64,000 bases of DNA from Turneriella sp. (GTDB taxonomy: Bacteria > Spirochaetota > Leptospiria > Turneriellales > Turneriellaceae), in assembly GCA_965279515.1 (NCBI GenBank), contig CBDIID010000003.1, positions 2,176,001-2,240,000 of the forward strand. The letters are read 5' to 3'. The notes beneath the pieces were generated by a model. The model had not been told where the DNA came from, made no database searches, and was given only the letters and a program-made list of their open reading frames with translations. How positions within the stretch are numbered: the first letter of the stretch is position 1; the number at the start of each line of letters is the position of its first letter. Below are positions 19,142-27,954 of the stretch, one piece after another. Both the position numbers and the translations under genes were made by a program.

Positions 19142-20074
19142 TTAATTCCAGTAATTTTTATGCATGCTCAGGCGGCGGCTGAGGCGCGTGCCGAGCAGCG
19201 TAAATTTGCGACCTAACTTGTAACCTATAAATTTCGCGGCAATATGAAACGGCAATTTCAGCAGCGACCAGTAGGATTGATCCCGTAATAAAGCCAGGGC
19301 CTGCGCAAATACAAATCTTATTCCCTCTTTGTTAGCATTACCTGCCCGAAAAAGCAGATCGGCATGCAGGCTGTGAAAAACACCGATATCGAAATAGCGC
19401 CGGAACTCCTCTGCCGCGGAATAATTGTGCGAATGCCTGACATGCGCGCGCGGTTCGTAAGCGACGGCGCCACCCGCCTGTATCAGCCGCGCGGCGGCGT
19501 GCATATCTTCGCCCAGGATCAGCTTTTCAGCAAAACCACCAACGCGGGTCAGCGCGGCTTTATTCCAGACACAGAAACTGTTTGAGGTGAACCAGGTTTT
19601 GATACCCAAGAGCGGCGCATGCGCCATATCCTGGATGATGCGGGTATCCCCGTAATTAAAACCGCGCGCCGTCGCCGCCAGCGGGTTTGCATCCACGTGA
19701 GCGAGCTGCTTGCCATACGCGGCAACAATCCCGGGTGCCCGCGCTGCGGCCATGAGCTCTGCAAATGCCCGCTCATCTGCAGGGACAGCGTCCTGCGTCA
19801 GAAAGAGCACCCAGGGATGGCGTGCGGCCTTCAACGCCAGGTTACGTGTGCCGCCGTGATCGAATTGTGTCTTACTGACACGAAAAAACCGGGTCGATAT
19901 CTTCTTCAGTAGCGGCTTGATCTTCCCGATCACGCCATCGGTAGATTCCGTGTCATAGATCAGAATTTCGGCGGGCAGCAGGGATTGCCGCATCGCGGCA
20001 GCCATACACCGCATAAATAGCTCTCCGCCGTTGCGCACGGGAACAACGAGGGAAAACTTCTCAGTACGCGCCAC
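19142..20074 (-). CDS. GT2 glycosyltransferase, rhamnosyltransferase-like
   Basis: VPVRNG, FDHGGTRN, LTQDA, GEDM, HSHNY. Confidence 0.9.
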   Translation of the reverse strand: MARTEKFSLVVPVRNGGELFMRCMAAAMRQSLLPAEILIYDTESTDGVIGKIKPLLKKISTRFFRVSKTQFDHGGTRNLALKAARHPWVLFLTQDAVPADERAFAELMAAARAPGIVAAYGKQLAHVDANPLAATARGFNYGDTRIIQDMAHAPLLGIKTWFTSNSFCVWNKAALTRVGGFAEKLILGEDMHAAARLIQAGGAVAYEPRAHVRHSHNYSAAEEFRRYFDIGVFHSLHADLLFRAGNANKEGIRFVFAQALALLRDQSYWSLLKLPFHIAAKFIGYKLGRKFTLLGTRLSRRLSMHKNYWN

Positions 20075-21512
20075 GTTTCTTTAAGACAACGCCGAGTGTC
20101 TTGTACAGAATTACCAAATCGATGTAAAGCGACCAGTTAAACACATACCAGGTATCCATGTTTACCCTTTGCTCGTAACTGACATCGTTGCGCCCGCTGA
20201 TCTGCCAGAGGCCAGTCATGCCTGGCCTGACCAGCTTATAATAATCGCTTCTGTCTTTATAACGTGCCTTAAGCTCCGCTTCCGGCACCGGTCGCGGCCC
20301 GACGAGGCTCATTTCGCCTCTGAGCACATTGATAAGCTGCGGCAATTCATCGAGCGAGGTTTTGCGCAAAAAAGCACCGAGCCGGGTAACACGGGGATCG
20401 TTTTTGAGTTTGATCGTCTTTTTCCACTCGGCGCGGGCAGCGGCGCTGCTGGCCAAAAGCTCTTTCAGCCGCGCCTCGGCATCGGCGTACATGCTGCGGA
20501 ATTTATAAACACGGATAATTTTTCCATGCTGCCCGACGCGCTGTTGAGAAAACAGAGCCGGCCCCGGTGAGGTCAGCCGAATGATCGCGGCGATGACCAG
20601 CAGAATAGGAACGATGAAAGGGAGCGAAATCAACACCATAAAGTAATCGAACAACAGCTTACTGAATCGGGCGCCCCGTTCGCTCAACGTATTGCGCATC
20701 TTAATCAGGAACAGCTGGTTTACAAACAGGTGGTAGAGTTCTGAATTGAGAAGTGCGCCTGAACGCATTTCAGGAATCAGGAGGACATGATGCACATGCC
20801 GGTGCACCCGATCTGCCAGGGCGCTGATTTTTTCTCTACTTAGACCGGGAGCGGCGATCAGCGCACATTCAATACGACGTGATCGCAGAATCTCGGGTAA
20901 TTTCTGAATGTCTCCAGCGTATTTCAGATCATGCGAACCTGTCTTTTTCAGAAGATTCTTCTGGCTCTTGTCGACAGGAACAAAACCCTGATAGCAGTAT
21001 CCGAGTGTTTTCTCTGCTAATAACTCGTCTTTGATCTTGAGCGACGAGGCAACATCACCAACGATAATCAGATTCTGTCGTCCTAAGCCTATTCTATGCA
21101 GGATCATTTTTCCCCAATAGCGAAAGGCTCCTACAAATATGAATGCCAAAGGCGCCATAAATATAATAGTCAAACGACTTATCAGATTGGCTAACTTACC
21201 CACAGAAATCAAAGCAAAAAGCAGAATCGTCAGCATCGCAATCGATTTTGCTATGTCGCGCAATTCGTCGATGTAAGGTGCACGGCGGCTATAGAGGCCC
21301 TCGTAGAAAAAGATCAGGAGAAAAAGACCAGGCATAAAATAGAGATCGCCGAAACGCATGGCATCCCCGCCGAAATCAGGAATGACCCCGAAGGCACCGC
21401 CTAAAAAAATGCGGAGCTGGACGGCGCAAAAAAACGCCAGTGTGTACGCGGCAATGTCGATGCCGACTAACGAGAGTATATAGAGAAATTTTCCCGGCGC
21501 GCCGTACCGCAC
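20061..21512 (-). CDS. wbaP: Undecaprenyl-phosphate galactose phosphotransferase (WbaP family)
   Basis: YKFRSM, KLKNDPRVT, FLRKTSLDELPQ, MSLVGPRP, PGMTGLWQISGR. Confidence 0.92.
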   Translation of the reverse strand: MRYGAPGKFLYILSLVGIDIAAYTLAFFCAVQLRIFLGGAFGVIPDFGGDAMRFGDLYFMPGLFLLIFFYEGLYSRRAPYIDELRDIAKSIAMLTILLFALISVGKLANLISRLTIIFMAPLAFIFVGAFRYWGKMILHRIGLGRQNLIIVGDVASSLKIKDELLAEKTLGYCYQGFVPVDKSQKNLLKKTGSHDLKYAGDIQKLPEILRSRRIECALIAAPGLSREKISALADRVHRHVHHVLLIPEMRSGALLNSELYHLFVNQLFLIKMRNTLSERGARFSKLLFDYFMVLISLPFIVPILLVIAAIIRLTSPGPALFSQQRVGQHGKIIRVYKFRSMYADAEARLKELLASSAAARAEWKKTIKLKNDPRVTRLGAFLRKTSLDELPQLINVLRGEMSLVGPRPVPEAELKARYKDRSDYYKLVRPGMTGLWQISGRNDVSYEQRVNMDTWYVFNWSLYIDLVILYKTLGVVLKKRGAY

Positions 21513-21521
21513 AGCGTGGGC

Positions 21522-23333
21522 TTAGCGGCGGCGCCCGTCGCCTTTTTTATTACCGCCGCCTGGCCGACGACGGCCGCGGCCACCGCCACGGCGCTTATCG
21601 CCTCTGCCTTCGGCGCGTCCAGCCCCGCCGCCATGGGTTTCTTGCTCGAGAATGCGGCGCGTGCGCTCCGAAATCTGTGGCTGGCTTTTTTTACTGGTGA
21701 AGAGTGCTTTAATGGAGCCCATTAGGCGGCCGAAGAAGCCGGCCTTTTTAGCGCCGCGTGAAACAATGGCAAATTCTTCGCGCTTGTTCTGGCGCTCACG
21801 CCCGCTGTTCTTCTGGTCGTGGCGACCCGCACCACCCTGGCCACCACGCCCTTTGCGTGAATCGAAGTAAGCACCGTCGCGTTGTTTGTCGCGCTGTCCG
21901 CCTGCTTCCGGGCGCTGGGCGCCACGTGCCTGCTGCTGCCCCTGTTCGCGGCGCGGGCGTTCTTCACGCCCTGGCTGTTTGTCGCGCCCGCGGTTTTCAC
22001 CGCGACCACGCGCACCACCGCGTGCTGCGCCACGTTCGCCGCGCTGTGCACCGCGCTCGCCACGACGGCCGTCTCTGCCACTCGCTGAGTCGCGCCCGCG
22101 ACCGGAGCGAAGATGATCTGCACCATCCTGGCGTGCGACCTGCACAATGCGCACAAAGCTGGTGTTTTCAATAAAACGCTGCTCGGGCTGCGCCACGGGA
22201 ATTTTATATTTCAGATAACGTTCGAGTTTTGTGAGCGAGTCATAATCAAACTCAGAGCTAAAACTCATCGCCTTGCCGGTTTTGCCGGCACGCGCTGTGC
22301 GGCCGATGCGGTGCACGTAAGTTTCAGAATCCATCGGGATATCGTAATTCACCACGAGCTGGATATCCTCAATGTGCAAACCCCGGCTCGCCACGTCGGT
22401 GGCGACGAGCACACGGAATTTGTTTTCTTTGAAATCGTCGAGAATTCTCAGGCGGCGGTTCTGCGTCACCATGCTGCTCAAACCCTCGGCGGGGATATTG
22501 TGGTGATTCAGGTTTTTAACCAGAACGTCAACATACTGGCGGCTGTTAGTAAAAATAATAACGGGCTCGAGTTTGTTGGCTTCGAGAAACTGAATCAGGT
22601 AAGGCAGTTTTTCATCCTGCCCCAGGTGCAGCATCTCTTGCTCGATCGAGGCGTGGTCGATGAGTTCGGGATTGATGAGAATCTCTTCTGGCTCACGCAT
22701 GAATTCCCAGACAGAGTAAAGAGCACTGAAGTTGATGGTTGCTGAGAACAGGGAGAACTGGCGCTCTTCGTTTTCATTCGCCGAGCACTTCGAGAGAATC
22801 TTGCGTACGTCGTCGATGAAACCCATGTCGAGCATGCGGTCGGCCTCATCGAGCACGATGCGCACGACGTTTTTCAGATTGATCTCGTTACCGCGCAAAA
22901 AGTCGAGCAGCCGCCCCGGTGTTGCCACGACGAGGTGAGGCCCTTGGGCGATTTCGCGGCGCTGCTTGTCATGGTCGACGCCGCCAAAAATTGTGGTGAG
23001 CTTAAGGCCGGCTGCTTCGGCAAAAAAGTCAGCTTCGTCGGCGATCTGCACAACGAGTTCGCGGGTGGGCGCAAGCACGAGCGCTACCGGGCCCGGGTTT
23101 TCTTCGGCCGGGGCATCGGCCCCCCGCGCTTCGGCGCGGCTGTAGACATATTGCATGATCGGTAAGAGGTAGGCGAGTGTTTTGCCTGAACCGGTTTTCG
23201 CGCAGGCGATGAGGTCGCGGTTGTTCATCGCGAGGGGAATGGTTTCTGCCTGAATCGGAGTGGGTTCTGGAAAGCCCTTCTCGGCAAGCCGCTTTTGGAT
23301 GGGCTCGGAGAGCTTTAAATCAGTGAATAGCAC
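21522..23333 (-). CDS. DEAD-box RNA helicase (RhlB-like) with long R/G-rich C-terminal tail
   Basis: AKTGSGKT, PTREL, DEAD, SAT, HRIGRTARAG. Confidence 0.95.
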   Translation of the reverse strand: MLFTDLKLSEPIQKRLAEKGFPEPTPIQAETIPLAMNNRDLIACAKTGSGKTLAYLLPIMQYVYSRAEARGADAPAEENPGPVALVLAPTRELVVQIADEADFFAEAAGLKLTTIFGGVDHDKQRREIAQGPHLVVATPGRLLDFLRGNEINLKNVVRIVLDEADRMLDMGFIDDVRKILSKCSANENEERQFSLFSATINFSALYSVWEFMREPEEILINPELIDHASIEQEMLHLGQDEKLPYLIQFLEANKLEPVIIFTNSRQYVDVLVKNLNHHNIPAEGLSSMVTQNRRLRILDDFKENKFRVLVATDVASRGLHIEDIQLVVNYDIPMDSETYVHRIGRTARAGKTGKAMSFSSEFDYDSLTKLERYLKYKIPVAQPEQRFIENTSFVRIVQVARQDGADHLRSGRGRDSASGRDGRRGERGAQRGERGAARGGARGRGENRGRDKQPGREERPRREQGQQQARGAQRPEAGGQRDKQRDGAYFDSRKGRGGQGGAGRHDQKNSGRERQNKREEFAIVSRGAKKAGFFGRLMGSIKALFTSKKSQPQISERTRRILEQETHGGGAGRAEGRGDKRRGGGRGRRRPGGGNKKGDGRRR

Positions 23334-23415
23334 AGGTTTCTTTCGGCGTCAGAGACAGGGGGTCAATGAAGATATATTCTGGTTTTCGCCCCGATTCCAC
23401 GGTTAAAATAACGCC

Positions 23416-24162
23416 ATGAGCCGGTTTGCAGACCACTTCTCGACGCAGGCGGGCGCCTACGCGGAGTTCCGCCCGGTTTACCCCAAAGCCCTGTTCGAAT
23501 GGCTGTCTTCACTCTGCGCCAGCCATGACCTCGCCTGGGATGCGGCGACGGGCAACGGTCAGGCAGCCGAGGCGCTGGCTCCGTATTTTAAATCGGTTTT
23601 TGCCACCGACGCCAGCGCCAAGCAGATCGGCGAGGCAAAACCACACGATAATATCCGCTACGCAGTAGAACCCGCTGATCTGTCTTCGCTGGGCGACAAA
23701 ACCTGTGATCTCGTCACAGTGGCCCAGGCGCTGCACTGGTTCGCGAACGATAATTTTTACAACGAAGTCAAACGCGTCGCTAAAAACCAGGGTATCTTCG
23801 CCGCCTGGGGTTACGGCATCCATTCGATTGAACCGGTTATCGACGATATTGTCGGCAAATATTACGGCTATATCGTCGGCAAGTTCTGGCCGCCGGAGCG
23901 CATGCATGTCGAGCAGCACTACCGCTCGCTGCCGTTTCCCTTTAAGGAGATGCAGGCGCCTGACCTCGCCATCGAAGACGAATATTCGCTCGAACAATTA
24001 ACGGGGTATCTCGCTTCGTGGTCAGCCACACAGCGCTACATCAAGGAACGCAGCGAAAATCCGCTGGCGTTGATCGCCGCTGATCTTGAAAAGGCATGGG
24101 GCGATGTGCCCAAGCGGCCCATCCGCTGGCCGCTGTTTTTTAAAGTCGGAAAAGTGTCTTAA
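23416..24162 (+). CDS. Class I SAM-dependent methyltransferase
   Basis: WDAATGNGQA, DLVTVAQALHWF. Confidence 0.93.
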   Translation: MSRFADHFSTQAGAYAEFRPVYPKALFEWLSSLCASHDLAWDAATGNGQAAEALAPYFKSVFATDASAKQIGEAKPHDNIRYAVEPADLSSLGDKTCDLVTVAQALHWFANDNFYNEVKRVAKNQGIFAAWGYGIHSIEPVIDDIVGKYYGYIVGKFWPPERMHVEQHYRSLPFPFKEMQAPDLAIEDEYSLEQLTGYLASWSATQRYIKERSENPLALIAADLEKAWGDVPKRPIRWPLFFKVGKVS

Positions 24163-24170
24163 CTGTCGGT

Positions 24171-24863
24171 TCAGGCCCACCAGCGATTCTTCAGCGGCAA
24201 AAGTTTTACGAACAGATAGACCCAGAAAAACGCAAGAAACAGCGTCATGATTTCCGGGGCATACTGCTTCATAATGCCGAGAGCGCCGAATGCAAATGCC
24301 GCGGTGAGCAGAAACGATGGCCCGCGCCTGCCCTCTTTGCGGAACAACATCACCGCGGGTAACCCCTGGAGGCCCAGCAATAACCATTTGAGCCGCGTAA
24401 AAACAATCAGCTGATCGATGTGCAGATCGATCAGGGCTTCGGTGCCCGTGTTCAGAATCTTAAAAATAGCGAGATTCTCCAGAATGTCAGAAGCCGCCGT
24501 GCCCAAAACCAATAGCGCTGTCACCAGAAGCCATCCCCAGTGGGCGCGGTGGCGAAAGGCAAGCAGCCAGGTCAGAAACAGGTAGCAGAGCGAATACGCC
24601 ATGATATAACCAAAATCAATCCATGTGCCTAAGGTAAAACCTGCGCGGATCTTCTGCCCTTTGATCGTTTGCGGATCGCCAATCACGTTCCAGATTTCGT
24701 AGGGGCTGAGCGCCATCTCGAGGCCGATAATCGGCGAGTTCACGCCCGGCTGCATGACCAGCGCGGGCTTCGTCGGCTGCACGACCACGAGCGTGACAGT
24801 GAGGGCGAAGAAGCCGCAGATCGAGATGAAGAGAGCGGTTCTCAGGCGGGCATTTTTGGACAT
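24171..24863 (-). CDS. Hypothetical membrane protein
   Basis: Multiple TM; IGLEMA, IDFGYIMAY, DILEN, LKW. Confidence 0.75.
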   Translation of the reverse strand: MSKNARLRTALFISICGFFALTVTLVVVQPTKPALVMQPGVNSPIIGLEMALSPYEIWNVIGDPQTIKGQKIRAGFTLGTWIDFGYIMAYSLCYLFLTWLLAFRHRAHWGWLLVTALLVLGTAASDILENLAIFKILNTGTEALIDLHIDQLIVFTRLKWLLLGLQGLPAVMLFRKEGRRGPSFLLTAAFAFGALGIMKQYAPEIMTLFLAFFWVYLFVKLLPLKNRWWA

Positions 24864-24940
24864 GCGTGGGGATTGTGAAAGAGTATGTAGCGACAATCCA
24901 AATCTGTTTTAAAGTAGGATATCCCCCGTTGGCGCCGGTA

Positions 24941-24962
24941 TTAACCGTTTGGTTAATTTTTT
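24941..24962. promoter_or_regulatory. Palindromic operator-like site upstream of tolC
   Basis: TTAACC-GTTT-GGTTAA followed by a T-tract; identical copy upstream of the RND permease at 63014-63035. Confidence 0.75.
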
Positions 24963-25006
24963 TTGCCTAAATCGGTCGTTTTCAGTACCTTACCATCGAG
25001 AAATAT

Positions 25007-26635
25007 ATGTTTAATCGTTACCTTGCGCTGTTTTCGGCGCTCCTTTCAGCCACACTGCTCTTTGCGGAAGATAAACCCGCTACCCCGGCCGCCAAACCAC
25101 CGGCAAAAGAAACACCGGCACCCGCGGCGAAGAATGAGGGTAAAGACTCCACTGAGACACCCGCCTTGGTCAAACCCGATGTGAAAAAAGCCAGCGAGGC
25201 GAGCTTCAATATCGGCGGTGTCAACCTTTCGATTCAGGATGCGATCAACATCGTACTCGAAAAGAACCTGACATTGCAGGCGGCCAAGTACGACGTCATC
25301 ATGAGCGATACCGCGGCGCGCAAGCTCGATAAAAAATTCGCTCCGGTGATCAGCGGAGAAGCGCAGCACCTGAACTTCAGTGATGCACCGTTTGCAAGTA
25401 ACAGCAAGGGCAATCAATATAACGGCTATCTCGGCATTTCAAAACTCTTTGCAACGGGTACAACCGTCGGCGGCGGTTACCGCTACCAACAGCTGCATAC
25501 CGAAGCCGGGCCGAATTTCCTGGGTGGTTATTCGCCTGCAACAACAAGCACCTTTAACGGATATTTTATTAACGTGCAACAAGAGCTGCTGAAAAACTCA
25601 TTTGGCTATGCTGACCGCAAAATGGAAAAAATCGCCAACAAACAGGCAGAGGGCCAGCGTGCATACACGGTCAACCTGCTCTCAGCCCTCGTCGTGCAGG
25701 CGCTCACAGACTACTGGCAGGTAACGATCCAAAAGTTCGCACTCGAAAACGCGAAACTCGAAGAAAAGTCGAACCGCCAGGTACGCGCCATCGTCGCCCG
25801 TAACGTCAGTTACGGTCTGGGCGAAGGTTATGATCTCAACAACTATAACGCACGCGTGGCAAATTCTGTAGCTAAGGTCGCGATGACCGAACAAAGTCTC
25901 AAGAACGCGACGCGCAAGTTATTGCGCACCGTCAACATGCCCGTCGAAACCAAGATCGAAGGCATTACCAATCTTGTGGATGTACTCCCAAGTCTGGACG
26001 GCAATGCCGCTCTCAAAGCCGCCATGGAGAAACGTGTCGACTTCAGAAACGCCAAGATTGAGCTTGAAGTCGCGGAACTGCAGACAGACCTCTACGGCAA
26101 TCAGGCTCTGCCTTCCTTAAGTGCATATTTCAACCTCGTATCGCAAGGTACTAATCAGTTTATCCAGTTTCCCGGCGTACCGATCGCCAGCGCGCTGCAG
26201 AGCCCGCAATGGCAGGTAGGGGTTAAGGCTTCATACCCGCTCTGGGACGAAGAAGTCAAAGTAAACCAGCGCAACGCCGGCATGCAACTCTCTCAGAGCC
26301 GCATCAAAATGCAGAACATCGAACAGGAAATCCGCGACGATGTGCTGACACGCCTGGAGAACGTGCGCCTGACCTTCGAGATTTTTCAAACCAGCCGCAC
26401 CTCGCGCAAAGAATCAGAAGCCTTCTATAGCCGCATGCTTGCGCGCACCCGCACAGGTAAGCTCAACTTTCAGCTCGTGGGCCAAGCGCTGGAAAACATG
26501 GTCGCCAACCGCCAAAGAGAACTCGAATCTCTGGTAAATTACAACATAGCTCTGCTGCAATTTGACCTCGCGAAGAATGAAATCTTCGAACGCTACGGCG
26601 TAGACGTAGAGAAAATTCTCGAGAAGGTGAAATAA
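25007..26635 (+). CDS. TolC family outer membrane efflux protein
   Basis: Signal peptide; LSIQDAINIVLEKN; two OEP repeats; ALPSLS, YPLW. Confidence 0.9.
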   Translation: MFNRYLALFSALLSATLLFAEDKPATPAAKPPAKETPAPAAKNEGKDSTETPALVKPDVKKASEASFNIGGVNLSIQDAINIVLEKNLTLQAAKYDVIMSDTAARKLDKKFAPVISGEAQHLNFSDAPFASNSKGNQYNGYLGISKLFATGTTVGGGYRYQQLHTEAGPNFLGGYSPATTSTFNGYFINVQQELLKNSFGYADRKMEKIANKQAEGQRAYTVNLLSALVVQALTDYWQVTIQKFALENAKLEEKSNRQVRAIVARNVSYGLGEGYDLNNYNARVANSVAKVAMTEQSLKNATRKLLRTVNMPVETKIEGITNLVDVLPSLDGNAALKAAMEKRVDFRNAKIELEVAELQTDLYGNQALPSLSAYFNLVSQGTNQFIQFPGVPIASALQSPQWQVGVKASYPLWDEEVKVNQRNAGMQLSQSRIKMQNIEQEIRDDVLTRLENVRLTFEIFQTSRTSRKESEAFYSRMLARTRTGKLNFQLVGQALENMVANRQRELESLVNYNIALLQFDLAKNEIFERYGVDVEKILEKVK

Positions 26636-26725
26636 CTTTGGCATCACCGGTGCTGTGGAAAGATATGAAAGAAACGCAAAAGGCACCGGCGCTTGACGCC
26701 CGAAACCGCGTAAGGATTATGTCGC

Positions 26726-27130
26726 ATGCATACTCTGGTTAAATACTTCCGGACGATGCCACCGGTCGCGCTGATCGGCGCGAGCAACGACTCTACCAAA
26801 TACGGCAATATCATCTTCAAAGATCTCAAATCGAAGGGATACACTGTTTACCCGATCAATCCCAAGGCGACGTCGATCGAAGGCGTGCCGGCGCTGAAAT
26901 CTCTCGAAGAGCTGAAAGAGCAGACGCAGGTCGATTTGCTTGTATTTGTGATTCCCCCGGCGCTGACGCTCGAGAGCCTCAAAAAAGCCAAGGAACTGGG
27001 TTATAAAAAGGTTTGGCTTCAGCCCGGTGCGGCTGATGCGGCGGTCGCCGAGTACCTCGACACCAACGACTTTCAGTACATCATCGGTGCCTGCGTGATG
27101 GTTGAGAGCCGCGATTTAGTCGCGGTTTGA
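26726..27130 (+). CDS. CoA-binding protein (YccU-like)
   Basis: VALIGAS, VYPINP, VWLQPG, GACVMV. Confidence 0.92.
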   Translation: MHTLVKYFRTMPPVALIGASNDSTKYGNIIFKDLKSKGYTVYPINPKATSIEGVPALKSLEELKEQTQVDLLVFVIPPALTLESLKKAKELGYKKVWLQPGAADAAVAEYLDTNDFQYIIGACVMVESRDLVAV

Positions 27131-27151
27131 TCTAAAAAAATACTTAGCCTG

Positions 27152-27937
27152 TTACGGTAACGTTTTAGTAAAACGGGTACCTAATTGAATACCGTAAATA
27201 TCGACCGCAGAAGCGCTGACCGCTAGAGTATACGAGCCAGTCGGCCCGACTTTCGCAACAATTGTATAATTCCCGTTGCCATTGGAGTTAATTGTCGGCG
27301 GCCCGCTAAGGCTGTTGCAATCACCCGGAACATTATTATCCGATAAAAGAAAAATCGCACTGCAATTACCCGTATCAAGTGACGACCCGACATTTGTTAT
27401 GTTGCGTGAAAGATTTAGTGTAATAAATATAGCTCCACCCGTAAAAGTAGTTGGTGATGCCGTCACTGAAAGAACACTCAACTCCGAACCCGAAGGTACA
27501 CCACTCTTGAAGGGAAAAGTCTGATCTGCACCGAAGGCCACTCCGCGAAAATCTGTGACTGCGCCCTTAATGGTAATGACATAATTGGTGTTCGGATCCA
27601 GATCAGCGGAAGGATTTACCACCAGAACAGAATTTCTGTTTTCGATGGAGTTTAAGGTGAGAGCCTCACACTGACCTGTACGATTATTAAACAGTTGTAT
27701 GTTTCCGGTGCAGGTGCCTGCGGTATCAATAGTCAAACTTGTAGCATCCATCGGATTGTTAAACTTTATCTTAACAGGCTGGGCAAGCTTCGTCCACTCC
27801 ATACTGGTTGAAGGCGAAGTAGAAACAACCTGCGTAGTCGCCGCATAGTATTTATCGGACAGATAGTCTTCGGGCATCTGAACAGCCATACAATGGGCAA
27901 AACCCAGTATGACTCCGCCTGCGATTAATTTTTTCAT
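27152..27937 (-). CDS. Ig-like (Big_5) domain lipoprotein
   Basis: RBS GGAGG; lipobox FAHC; VVSTSP...IKFNNPMD...LVVNPSADL...YVITIK. Confidence 0.8.
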   Translation of the reverse strand: MKKLIAGGVILGFAHCMAVQMPEDYLSDKYYAATTQVVSTSPSTSMEWTKLAQPVKIKFNNPMDATSLTIDTAGTCTGNIQLFNNRTGQCEALTLNSIENRNSVLVVNPSADLDPNTNYVITIKGAVTDFRGVAFGADQTFPFKSGVPSGSELSVLSVTASPTTFTGGAIFITLNLSRNITNVGSSLDTGNCSAIFLLSDNNVPGDCNSLSGPPTINSNGNGNYTIVAKVGPTGSYTLAVSASAVDIYGIQLGTRFTKTLP

Positions 27938-27954
27938 AAATCCTCCGTTCCATT

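Noticed and set aside
21530..22100. Repetitive GC-rich DNA resembling tandem repeats
   Set aside because: Explained by R/G-rich low-complexity coding; no regular unit or spacers
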